A program made the translations under genes and the position numbers. The notes below the pieces were generated by a model. It searched no databases and was not told where the DNA came from. It was given only the letters and a program-made list of their open reading frames with translations. From Minisyncoccota bacterium (lineage in GTDB: Bacteria; Patescibacteriota; Minisyncoccia; Phycocordibacterales; DSPV01): DNA of 41,235 nucleotides. Of the stretch, positions 9,527-17,444 are shown piece by piece (position 1 is the first letter of the stretch; each line of letters opens with the position of its first letter). Location: NCBI GenBank assembly GCA_036517235.1, contig DATDXL010000013.1:1-41235 (forward strand). Direction: 5' to 3'.

Positions 9527-10168
9527 ATGAAAAAAGAAATCTGGAATAGCGATAGTGTTAAAGAAGGGCTCTTTAAGTTCTTCAAACAATACGGTCATTA
9601 CCCAACAGCGACTGAAGTTGATGATTGTGACTATTTGCCCGCTACACGAACTATAGAACGAAGATTCGGAGGTCTGGTTGCATTTAGGAAAGATCTGCAT
9701 ATCGGGTCACAGACAGATTTCCGTTTTGGCGAACATAGCTCCAAACGGGCTTTCACAATCAATACGAGAGCTCATAAGGTAGAAAAAGAGGTTTACGAGT
9801 ACTTGGTTAAGAGATTTAGCACTCAATTCGTCCACAGAGAGTATTTCTTTACCGATGATAAACGGACACGGGCTGATTTCTTTGTATTTGATGCCGATAA
9901 AGGGTTCTGCGTTGACATATTCTTTGCCTCAAGTCTTCGTAATGTATCAGGATGCTTGAATAGCAAACTTAGTAAATATCAATCGGAATACATGCGCCAC
10001 TATCCAGTGATATTCCTGCAAATGAACGTCGAGATCACACAAGAAAGACTCGATCTTCTTGTGCATCACAAGAAGAGAAGGATTCTTAACGGACAAACTC
10101 TTATGTCCTGGGAAACATTCAAGAGGTTCTGCGAAAGTAAGAAACCCCTCCGGCTTTCAAAAGCTTAA
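9527..10168 (+). CDS. Hypothetical protein: homing-endonuclease-associated repeat plus a possible restriction-endonuclease-like domain
   Basis: WNSDSVKEGLFKFFKQYGHYPTATEVDD..LPATRTIERRFGGLVAFRKDL fits the homing endonuclease associated repeat pattern. The C-terminal EKEVYEYL..RADFFVFDADKGFCVDIFF resembles a Vsr/DUF559-type core. The first ATG was chosen as start; the frame stays open upstream to 9284. Confidence 0.55.
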   Translation: MKKEIWNSDSVKEGLFKFFKQYGHYPTATEVDDCDYLPATRTIERRFGGLVAFRKDLHIGSQTDFRFGEHSSKRAFTINTRAHKVEKEVYEYLVKRFSTQFVHREYFFTDDKRTRADFFVFDADKGFCVDIFFASSLRNVSGCLNSKLSKYQSEYMRHYPVIFLQMNVEITQERLDLLVHHKKRRILNGQTLMSWETFKRFCESKKPLRLSKA

Positions 10169-10292
10169 GGGGGAGGACCTACTGGGCATAGGGGCTATAT
10201 GTCGTACAACCTACACGCGCAAAAGATATATTGTGCGACGTATCTACATTCAAACTATGCTGCAAGAACCCCCCCTATCAATTCGAGGTCTC

Positions 10293-10340
10293 CTTATAAA
10301 AGAAAGTCCCCGCGACGATTTCTCAAATCGCGGGGACTTT
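10293..10340 (-). terminator. Rho-independent terminator for the 10345-10644 ORF
   Basis: Perfect 13-bp stem AAAGTCCCCGCGA/TCGCGGGGACTTT, followed on the minus strand by CTTTTAT. Confidence 0.65.
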
Positions 10341-10344
10341 GGGA

Positions 10345-10644
10345 TCAAAGGGCAAAGAGACTTCTTAAATAGCTCCAGAGGGAACGCCTGGGAAAGGCGG
10401 ATTTCTGTGGCGTAAAAGGAACGAATGGTTTTGGCTCTGGAGCATGAGTGATCGCTGAGGCGTGTTTCAGAATCTCTTCGCAATCAACGCTTCCTCCCCT
10501 CTTCTCCCTGTGGGCCTTGTGGAGGAGGGCGTTGAAAGCAATGAGAACTTGTGAGCGATGCGGCTCATCGAATGATCGTTTGATGCGGAGCCTGACTTGT
10601 CCTTCGGTTTCCCGAATGTCCATGATCTGAAAACCTGTCATCAT
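10345..10644 (-). CDS. Hypothetical protein (99 aa)
   Basis: ATG preceded by GGAGGA at 7-nt spacing, with the stop followed directly by a strong minus-strand terminator. No family was recognised. Confidence 0.5.
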   Translation of the reverse strand: MMTGFQIMDIRETEGQVRLRIKRSFDEPHRSQVLIAFNALLHKAHREKRGGSVDCEEILKHASAITHAPEPKPFVPFTPQKSAFPRRSLWSYLRSLFAL

Positions 10645-10734
10645 GCGTGTGTCCTCCGATGGTTGACGTTTAAATTCCAAGAAAAGCGAACCCTCTGAAA
10701 TGTAACACTATACCTGTTTCGTAAAACAGACAAG

Positions 10735-10823
10735 CCCCGTAGTGAAATTTCGGGTCGGCTTAACATCATCTGTGGAAAAACTTGATCACGCCAAGGGCGT
10801 AACCCGAAATTCTACTAATGGGG
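10735..10823. other. Long imperfect hairpin (~20-bp stem, 46-nt loop with an inner hairpin); possible small structured RNA
   Basis: CCCCGTAGTGAAATTTCGGGT pairs with ACCCGAAATTCTACTAATGGGG. The element is intergenic and no ORF lies in it. Confidence 0.3.
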
Positions 10824-10881
10824 CAAGTAACAAAAAGGACCCCCTGTGGAGATCCTTTTTGCGTGTCGCTAAGCCATTTCC

Positions 10882-11337
10882 TTAGCTCTGGAACTCAGAC
10901 CAGCATTTAGAAGACGACTTCCACGGTCGAACGCCCTGCTTCTCATAGAGGTACTTCGCATACGCGAGGTTACCTTCAAGGGTATGGAGATCGAACCCGA
11001 GCCCTTCGGCACGCTCTTTATGGTACGTCTCATTTATTTGCATCACTCCAACATCGTTGGAATTCACATTGCCACGCAAGACATTGCCGTCAAGGCCAAG
11101 GTGTCGATACGTTGACTCACAACGAGCGATCTCCGCGAGGACCGGAGAATCAGTGAAATATTCCTGGACATAGGCCGCGATAGACTCGCGACGCGTATAA
11201 TCCACGAACTTTGCCTCTGAGACTACCGTCCTATCCACCTTAACGATTGGGGATGTGCTCTGCGATGAACTTGTCCCCTGTCCCGCGATGATCGACGAGA
11301 GCATAAGGAACCCCGTAGCAAAATCTAGTACTGCCAT
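10882..11337 (-). CDS. Secreted lysozyme-like / lytic transglycosylase-domain protein
   Basis: N-terminal hydrophobic signal, then CESTYRH ... NDVGVMQINETYH ... NLAYAKYLY ... RPW, the catalytic-Glu and MQIN pattern of SLT-like domains. Confidence 0.7.
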   Translation of the reverse strand: MAVLDFATGFLMLSSIIAGQGTSSSQSTSPIVKVDRTVVSEAKFVDYTRRESIAAYVQEYFTDSPVLAEIARCESTYRHLGLDGNVLRGNVNSNDVGVMQINETYHKERAEGLGFDLHTLEGNLAYAKYLYEKQGVRPWKSSSKCWSEFQS

Positions 11338-11718
11338 AGTGTTTTTCTTCGTTACAACAGGTTTGTCTTGGTATTTCCCATTTCGTGCTAGTAAAAGTAA
11401 AGTAAATACCTACCAAAACAAAAATCAGAGCGCGATGCCCTGACTTCTTACATTATAGCATATCTATGGTGGTTGTCAACACCTCCCCACAAAAAACAAA
11501 CTAGGTCAAACTCCTATAAATGGCTCATCAGAGGCATAAATATATCCTTTTATCAACACCCTGGATAGGTTAAAACGTCAATCTTTGACTTCTTGAGTAG
11601 TTCGTCAAACAACGTATGGACGTACCTACAGCAATATGCCTCGATTTTAGCTTAAATCCAGAGAAAAATAGTAGAAAAACGCTGCCCTTTAGCTTGAATT
11701 TTAGACCTTTAATCAGAG

Positions 11719-11789
11719 TCGGGGTGCGGAGAGTTGAACTCCGACCTTACCCACCCCATGGGCAGATACTACCGTTATACTACACCCCG
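11719..11789 (-). tRNA. tRNA-Pro (anticodon GGG), no encoded CCA
   Basis: Hand-folded cloverleaf: acceptor CGGGGTG/CACCCCG, D arm GTAT-AACGGTA-GTAT, anticodon arm TGCCC-ATGGGGT-GGGTA, 4-nt variable region, T arm CGGAG-TTCAACT-CTCCG, discriminator A. Confidence 0.9.
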
Positions 11790-11813
11790 ATACCGAAATA
11801 CTCTACCAGAAAA

Positions 11814-12419
11814 TCATCGCGTATCCAACGTATCACCCCACAGCAGAGCGTATTTCTTGAATAGCGGAAGTAATGGTTTCCCATACAAAAGCCTACTGAA
11901 CGCTTCAGCTTCATAGGTAGCGCCCCGGAGCCCATTGTGAGGCTTCGGCTCTTCCGGAAGACCACAGTAGACGAGTATCTTGTCGAGCGAAAGCGCCGAA
12001 TGTCCATGCATCAAAGGTATCACTGCTCCCCTCTGCACCATGTGCATGTAGGCAACGGAATGGAGATCGATCGTTCGGAACGCGAATTGCCAGTCTAGAT
12101 GATTGCGCGCTGCGCCTGCCCGAAGGAAATCTCTGTCGGCGGAAGGGTTCTGGCCCGCTATGGTCTTCTCCGCACATCCCTCTGACCACGCCAGAAACGC
12201 GCGAACTAAATCGCCTTCTGTCTGCTTTTTTGCGTCTGCAAGCTCCTCATGCGTAAAACCGTTGACAGCAAGCGCTTCTACATCTACGTGAGCGCCCTCC
12301 CACACACGGCACTCACCGTAGAACGTATTAGAAGAATTGAGAAAATCAATCGCACCCACCGAAAGGAGGCTGTGGTTTTGTGGATCCAAACCGCTCGACT
12401 CCATATCAACGACTATCAT
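11814..12419 (-). CDS. DEDD-family 3'-5' exonuclease (DnaQ/epsilon-like)
   Basis: Exo I motif VVDMESSGLDP at the N-terminus, further acidic/His motifs downstream, and a typical size. Confidence 0.8.
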   Translation of the reverse strand: MIVVDMESSGLDPQNHSLLSVGAIDFLNSSNTFYGECRVWEGAHVDVEALAVNGFTHEELADAKKQTEGDLVRAFLAWSEGCAEKTIAGQNPSADRDFLRAGAARNHLDWQFAFRTIDLHSVAYMHMVQRGAVIPLMHGHSALSLDKILVYCGLPEEPKPHNGLRGATYEAEAFSRLLYGKPLLPLFKKYALLWGDTLDTR

Positions 12420-12546
12420 TAGGTAAGTATATCGTACAAAATCTTGTGGTAACAGAAGACACGTGATAGCCTAAAACGGCTGTGGTGTCCGAACCTTGCA
12501 TCAAGGAGGAAAAAACAGGCATAAAAAGTTGGTGACACTTGGCAAC

Positions 12547-12582
12547 GCCGCCCGAACCAGACATCGGGCGGCAACTCTTTTT
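12547..12582. terminator. GC-rich hairpin just downstream of the 12589-12990 gene
   Basis: GCCGCCCGA-ACCAGACA-TCGGGCGGC. The T-run (CTTTTT) lies on the plus strand, opposite to the gene it follows. Confidence 0.45.
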
Positions 12583-12588
12583 ACGTTA

Positions 12589-12990
12589 CTATGGTAACCC
12601 TTTGCAATTCGCTGCAGGGGTATACCCTGCGGCACGAGCGGCTTCGATAGAAGCGAAATAAATTTTATTGGATTCCTTGATGCTCCGTGCTCCTGCGCAC
12701 CAGGGAAAATGGTACTTGCTGCCGGTCTTTGAAGCCACAACTTGGCCTCCTGTGACTTCTTGCGAATTCTTCGTATTTACGGGAGAGGAAATCACTTTCT
12801 CCTGTGAAGCTATGGCATCGTGAACAGCCGCTTCCTGTTCGACACTCACACTTCCTGATTCAAGCGCCGAAAGCCGCCCCAGGGCGAATGCGCCCGATGC
12901 CGATAACACGATGATGGCAAGAACCACCACATCTTTTCTCTCTCCAGAAGCAGAGGTCTTGATAAATTCTCGTATGTCAGGTATACTCAT
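12589..12990 (-). CDS. Membrane-anchored protein with a C-terminal Ada-type/'sunset'-like small domain
   Basis: One TM (VVVLAIIVLSASGAFALG) and a C-terminal KYHFPWCAGARSIKESNKIYFASIEAARAAGYTPAANC pattern. Confidence 0.55.
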   Translation of the reverse strand: MSIPDIREFIKTSASGERKDVVVLAIIVLSASGAFALGRLSALESGSVSVEQEAAVHDAIASQEKVISSPVNTKNSQEVTGGQVVASKTGSKYHFPWCAGARSIKESNKIYFASIEAARAAGYTPAANCKGLP

Positions 12991-13045
12991 CTCCGTTGCG
13001 TATATTTTACTATATCCTATGCGCTAATCCCTATACCCTACTTCT

Positions 13046-13324
13046 ATGGCACATACAAAAGCAGGCGGAACAGCAAAAAACCTTACCGACTCAAATGCGC
13101 AGTACCTGGGCATCAAGCTTTATGCTGGTGAAAAAGCTCGCGTAGGAGCCATTATCGTGCGCCAGAGAGGTACGAGGATTTTGCCTGGTAAAAATGTCGG
13201 ATTGGGCAAAGACCACACGCTCTTCGCACTAAAAGACGGTATCGTGGCATACTCCCGAAAACGAAAGCACAATTTCAATAATCGCACTGTCATCAAGAAG
13301 ATCGCGAATGTCGTTACAAAATAA
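13046..13324 (+). CDS. rpmA: 50S ribosomal protein L27
   Basis: [24 protein letters not shown]...RQRGT...[13 protein letters not shown], the canonical L27 sequence. Confidence 0.95.
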   Translation: MAHTKAGGTAKNLTDSNAQYLGIKLYAGEKARVGAIIVRQRGTRILPGKNVGLGKDHTLFALKDGIVAYSRKRKHNFNNRTVIKKIANVVTK

Positions 13325-13339
13325 CACCCTAGATGTTAT

Positions 13340-13390
13340 GAGTACAAGTATGATGCTGTAGCATTTTATTTGTACTCTCGATGTTTTTTA
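13340..13390 (+). terminator. Terminator after rpmA
   Basis: GAGTACAA...TTGTACTC stem with an inner ATGCT/AGCAT pairing, followed by a TTTTTT run. Confidence 0.6.
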
Positions 13391-13485
13391 TTACGGAGAA
13401 CTCACGCAGTAGCGTGAGAGGGTTTAAGTTTCGCTTGCACGATTCTGACCCTGTGTTAGGATTCTTTTAGAAATGGAGGCTTTGT

Positions 13486-14187
13486 GTGAAAACCTATCAA
13501 CCTTTTCAGATCTGGCAGCTTGTCAATGAGACGATATATGGGAAACAGAACAGCGTCGTATATACGAGGACTGCTGACCTCGTAACTAAGGTGTCGGCAT
13601 ACGCCAAGCTCATCAACGAAAGCGCTAGACCCGATGCACGGCCAAAAGAAGTTGGGAAATTGCGGAAAAACGCAGGCATATGCTTCTCCTGGTGCATGGC
13701 AACGGCGAATAGACGTGGAATTCCCTTGGATATGGTGGTATGGGAACTCTTTCGGTACCGCTGTCCCTATTGCGGAAACTGTCCCTGCAGTCGTGAAGAC
13801 GGACCACGACGCGAATTTATCGGTCCAGAAATAGCACCTAAACCGGATACACTCTGGAAGTACCAGCAGATGTTCTACCGTATCTACCCCCACAACACAC
13901 TGGAACGTTCGGCGCTTCACCTCATCGAAGAGTCGATAGAGCTTATCGAGGCCGTGCAAGCCCTAGACCATGGTGCGGTGCATCCTCGAGTCGTCAGGAA
14001 AGAACTCGTCGATGTCATCGCCAATCTGTTCGGTGTCGTGAATTGCGCTGACATCCACCTTGAGAATACGCTCTACGATATGTACCATGATGGATGTCAC
14101 CGATGCCACAGAACGCCCTGCGATTGTGGATTCACGCTCTCTGCCGGCTCTACCTCTATCCCCCCGACACAAAAAAGCCACGGTTGA
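13486..14187 (+). CDS. Tandem MazG-like (all-alpha NTP pyrophosphohydrolase-like) protein with two Cys clusters
   Basis: GTG start 6 nt after GGAGG. Two helical modules (NAGICFSWCMATANRRGIPLDMV and LHLIEESIELIEAV..ELVDVIANLFGVVNCADIHLE) are each followed by a Cys knuckle (CPYCGNCPC, CHRCHRTPCDC). Confidence 0.55.
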   Translation: MKTYQPFQIWQLVNETIYGKQNSVVYTRTADLVTKVSAYAKLINESARPDARPKEVGKLRKNAGICFSWCMATANRRGIPLDMVVWELFRYRCPYCGNCPCSREDGPRREFIGPEIAPKPDTLWKYQQMFYRIYPHNTLERSALHLIEESIELIEAVQALDHGAVHPRVVRKELVDVIANLFGVVNCADIHLENTLYDMYHDGCHRCHRTPCDCGFTLSAGSTSIPPTQKSHG

Positions 14188-14219
14188 CGCCGCGGTTTTT
14201 CTTGGAAAGAATCTCTTGT

Positions 14220-14666
14220 TTATTTCAGCGATTCCACTACAAGCGTGAAGGTGGCGCTTTTTCCCTGAACCTCCACCTCGATCGAGTGCTCCCCTACCGT
14301 CTTTATATGTTCAGGTAATTTCAAGAATGCCGGTAACGCATCGACATGGAGCTCATCCCTGAGCTGCTTTACGATAGTGTCCGCATGGACTCCCGCGAAC
14401 AGATGCCCCTGCTCATTGGCTTTTGCAGCAATATGAATGCTCTTTCCTTCAACCGCAGAGAGGTTCTTGGCAAGGAGATCTTCGTGGATCTTATGCTCCG
14501 CTTCCATGCGGGCTTTTTCAAGTTCTACTTGTTTGAGCGCGGAAACAGAGGCCTCACGGGCAAGACCTTGCGGAAAAAGCTTATTGATAGCATAGCCGTC
14601 AGAGACCTCTTTGACGTCAAGTCTCTTGCCGACTCCCGGGACATCTTTTAAAAAAATTACTTTCAT
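14220..14666 (-). CDS. rplI: 50S ribosomal protein L9
   Basis: [36 protein letters not shown], the canonical L9 N-domain, plus a long helix and C-domain. Confidence 0.93.
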   Translation of the reverse strand: MKVIFLKDVPGVGKRLDVKEVSDGYAINKLFPQGLAREASVSALKQVELEKARMEAEHKIHEDLLAKNLSAVEGKSIHIAAKANEQGHLFAGVHADTIVKQLRDELHVDALPAFLKLPEHIKTVGEHSIEVEVQGKSATFTLVVESLK

Positions 14667-14723
14667 GTTTTATGCCAATCTACGAATGATACGAATCTAC
14701 AAATCCCTACGAATAGAAAGAGA

Positions 14724-14752
14724 AGTATATCTCAAAATCCCTTATTTACCAA
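14724..14752 (-). promoter_or_regulatory. Putative sigma70-type promoter of rplI
   Basis: Minus strand reads TTGGTA-17 nt-TATACT. The ~57-nt leader carries three ATTCGTA repeats. Confidence 0.45.
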
Positions 14753-14764
14753 GGTTTTTATATA

Positions 14765-14794
14765 TTGACATACTGCTACACAGTGTGATATAAT
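14765..14794 (+). promoter_or_regulatory. Consensus sigma70-type promoter with no annotated downstream gene
   Basis: TTGACA-18 nt-TATAAT with an extended -10 TG (TGATATAAT), divergent from the rplI promoter. Confidence 0.5.
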
Positions 14795-14800
14795 AATAAG

Positions 14801-14980
14801 AGGTAAAGCAGGACATTGAAAAAGCAGAGTTTCACTAACGAGATAGCTTTCTGAATGCCTTGAAGCAAAGACTGAATGAACTACTGGAGAACTGGGAATC
14901 CTTGCCCATCAAGTCCACTACTACCAAGTAGATCGTCAAAAGACAGACAGCAAAAGCTTGCGTGACCCGCAAGCTTTTTT
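14801..14980 (+). ncRNA. Candidate ~180-nt small RNA (or tiny-ORF transcript) bounded by the promoter and terminator
   Basis: Lies between the consensus promoter (14765-14794) and the hairpin/T-run at 14952-14980. The longest plus-strand ATG ORF I found is 30 codons and lacks an SD. Confidence 0.3.
14952..14980. terminator. Bidirectional rho-independent terminator (ctpA on minus; candidate sRNA on plus)
   Basis: AAAAGCTTGCG-TGACC-CGCAAGCTTTTTT, with A-run and T-run flanks. Confidence 0.7.
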
Positions 14981-14999
14981 CTATTCCCTATTGGCTCTT

Positions 15000-16286
15000 T
15001 CACTCCCCCAGCAACACAGCAATCGCCTTATCAAGCTGGGGATCCAGATTTTTCTCCAGATCTTTCTGGGTGTTCTCGACGATGTAGTCGGGGGTAAGAC
15101 CCTGTTCAGAGATATTGATGTTCGACGGCGTGAGCCAACGTGCCACGGTGACCTTGAGCGAGGTATCCGGCGTGATAGAAACCAGCTCCTGTACTGATCC
15201 TTTACCGAACGTCTTGGTACCTACCAATTTCGCGACATGGTATTCACGAAGCGCTCCCGAGAGGATCTCGGACGCCGAGGCGCTGCCGCCATTGACCAAA
15301 ATGACCATGGAAAGCGTATCGTTGAAGATATCGTATCCTTTGGAGCGGTAGATCTTGACATCATCCTTGGCATACTCCTCCTTCACCACCGGCAATCCCG
15401 CCTCCAAGAACCAGCTCGCCATATCCACCGCGGCTTCAAGGTATCCTCCCGGATTCCCACGAAGGTCAAGAAGGAGCTTGTTAGAACCAGAGAGCACGAA
15501 CTCGCGCAAGGCATCACGGAAGAGCGAGGGAGATTGTGCCGTAAAACTGTAAAGCTTTATCACGAACACGCCGTCGTCGCGGAGTCCCACCTTCTTATCA
15601 GGCGAGGTCGTACCGTCAGAAAGCTTGACTTGGGTGTCGATGACAGGGACATTGATGGTATCCCGTTCTATGCTTATCGGGAACGAGTCGTCCCTACCCT
15701 CTCGGGCGATGGTTAATATCACCTTGCTCCCTTTCTTACCTCGGATTTTTCGTACTGCCACATCGGTGCTCATACCATCAGTCGGCATGTCATCGATTTT
15801 AAGTATTTTATCCCCAGAACGAATACCTGCGCGATCAGCCGGTGTTCCTTTAAGGGGTGCCACTACGGTTAGGATATTATCCTTTATTCCTATTTCCATC
15901 CCAACTCCCTCAAACATTCCTGATATCTCGCTTTCAAAGATCTTATTCTCTTCCGGCGGAAAAAAGACCGTATAAGGATCGCGTAGCGACGCGGCGAGGC
16001 CTGTGATGGCCCCCCATACTCTTTCCTGGCTTCCTACGGGCGTGATACCCGTAGTCGTCGCGACGCGTGTCGGCACATACTTCTCATTGACGATGTTCCA
16101 CGCTTTCCAAAATGCAGAGAAATCAACATCACTAGGCATCCCTTCTTCTTTTTGTATGAGATCCGAAACTCTATAGATATCCGGTGCTCTCTTTACGCCA
16201 TAGGCATAACCACCGTAAAAAATGCCCGCCACGAGGGCGATGGTTATAAGAGTAGCGACTATTTTTCCTTTCGGAAACGTGGGCAC
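15000..16286 (-). CDS. ctpA: Carboxy-terminal processing (tail-specific) protease, peptidase S41 with PDZ domain
   Basis: N-terminal TM, PDZ (GIRSGDKILKIDD), S41 motifs DLRGNPGGYL, GGSASASEI and TFGKGSVQ. GTG start. Confidence 0.92.
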   Translation of the reverse strand: MPTFPKGKIVATLITIALVAGIFYGGYAYGVKRAPDIYRVSDLIQKEEGMPSDVDFSAFWKAWNIVNEKYVPTRVATTTGITPVGSQERVWGAITGLAASLRDPYTVFFPPEENKIFESEISGMFEGVGMEIGIKDNILTVVAPLKGTPADRAGIRSGDKILKIDDMPTDGMSTDVAVRKIRGKKGSKVILTIAREGRDDSFPISIERDTINVPVIDTQVKLSDGTTSPDKKVGLRDDGVFVIKLYSFTAQSPSLFRDALREFVLSGSNKLLLDLRGNPGGYLEAAVDMASWFLEAGLPVVKEEYAKDDVKIYRSKGYDIFNDTLSMVILVNGGSASASEILSGALREYHVAKLVGTKTFGKGSVQELVSITPDTSLKVTVARWLTPSNINISEQGLTPDYIVENTQKDLEKNLDPQLDKAIAVLLGE

Positions 16287-16295
16287 AGTGGGTCA

Positions 16296-16324
16296 ATTAT
16301 CACAAATACAGGGAACGAGGTCAA
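16296..16324 (-). promoter_or_regulatory. Putative ctpA promoter; the -10 sits 9 nt from the GTG start (leaderless-type)
   Basis: Minus strand reads TTGACC-17 nt-GATAAT-9 nt-GTG. Confidence 0.4.
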
Positions 16325-16480
16325 ACGGGCCGCTCGCCCTACCCTTTGGAAAACACGAAAATTTCCTGCTAGAAATCTTCTCTGTTCGGTGCCAGTCGCA
16401 CCTTCCAAGGTTTTCAAAGGGTAGAGCTCGCTCTTGAGTCTATAAAAAGAGAGTTGACAATCGATTTCAGGTAGAAAAGA

Positions 16481-16513
16481 AAAACCCATCTGTTCTCCAC
16501 AGATTGGTTTTTT
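16481..16513. terminator. Hairpin terminator downstream of the 16532-17305 gene
   Basis: AAAACCCATCTGT-TCTCC-ACAGATTGGTTTTTT, with one bulge and A/T runs on both sides. Confidence 0.6.
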
Positions 16514-16531
16514 GATATTCGGAGAAATAGA

Positions 16532-17305
16532 TCAGAACTGGTACGCGATTCCTCCGAAGATCACGTAGTCCAGTTTCCTGCTGTCGCGCAACGTCAACGG
16601 GGCATAGTAGTTCAATTGCGGGAGAATGAGTGTGAAACGCTTGCTCAGCTTCCAATAGAGCTCGACGCTGCCGCGGAGCAAGTGTCCGTGATCGAAGCCG
16701 AATCCGCCGTCGTCATAAACGAGAGCCAACGAAGTACTAGCCGTTAGCCGATCATTGAAGAACGACATGGATTTACTCGCCCCGAAACTGTACAAGTCGC
16801 CGCCATCAAAGGAGCTCCCCGGCATCTCCGTGTAATTCTCATAACAGACGTTCAGCGTCAGCCACCTGAACTCCTTTGAGATCTTGGCATAACTCTTCAT
16901 CAAGTCGTTAGCACCGAAGGTTCCCAGGCTCGGCTCATCGAAATACGATGTTCCGATGTCGAGGATCAGTTCTCCGACGAGCCCCTCGATACCGAGCTTC
17001 GAGAGTTTCCCGGACCAGCCAACTCCGTAATCCTGTTCCGTGCCAAGGTTTTTGTTATAGCCATCGAACGGGGTCGAGTTCCACAAATCGATGTAGAACC
17101 CGCAGTCAAACGCCGCAAAAATGTCCGTTTGCACAACCGGCTTGTCGTGGTTCACAAACCCCTGCCCGAACGCCAAGTATTTGCTGGCCACAACGGAACG
17201 AACCGAGACTGACGGTATCCAATTTGCGTTGGTTTCCGCGGCAAAGACCGTAACTGAAGCGATACAAAAGATGATCGCCAATGAACTGACAATGAGCTTC
17301 TTCAT
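16532..17305 (-). CDS. Secreted beta-barrel-like protein (resembles the TorF/Gcw_chp putative porin family)
   Basis: Signal peptide ending VFA-AE, alternating hydrophobic pattern, block KPVVQTDIFAAFDCGFYIDLWNS...EQDYGVGW, and a C-terminal GGIAYQF with terminal Phe. Confidence 0.6.
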   Translation of the reverse strand: MKKLIVSSLAIIFCIASVTVFAAETNANWIPSVSVRSVVASKYLAFGQGFVNHDKPVVQTDIFAAFDCGFYIDLWNSTPFDGYNKNLGTEQDYGVGWSGKLSKLGIEGLVGELILDIGTSYFDEPSLGTFGANDLMKSYAKISKEFRWLTLNVCYENYTEMPGSSFDGGDLYSFGASKSMSFFNDRLTASTSLALVYDDGGFGFDHGHLLRGSVELYWKLSKRFTLILPQLNYYAPLTLRDSRKLDYVIFGGIAYQF

Positions 17306-17444
17306 AATCTTCCTTTTCTGTGTTTTGTTTCTGTATTACCGTATTTGTGCGCAAACTAACATATATATAATAATGTGTCAACAGACTTAGCCAGTTCTCT
17401 TGGAGTAATCTTTGCTCTCAACAAAAAGAGGTTATAATAGTGCC

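Noticed and set aside
12501-12740. 79-aa minus-strand ORF overlapping the end of the 12589-12990 gene and its hairpin.
   Set aside because: It is out of frame with a better-supported gene and runs through the terminator-like hairpin. It has no start signals.
16330-16440. Possible structured RNA between the porin-like gene's terminator and the ctpA promoter (CTACCCTTTG / CAAAGGGTAG 10-bp pairing with inner small hairpins).
   Set aside because: There is only one solid helix. It lies between a terminator and a promoter on the strand where it would not obviously be transcribed, and it has no bounding signals of its own.
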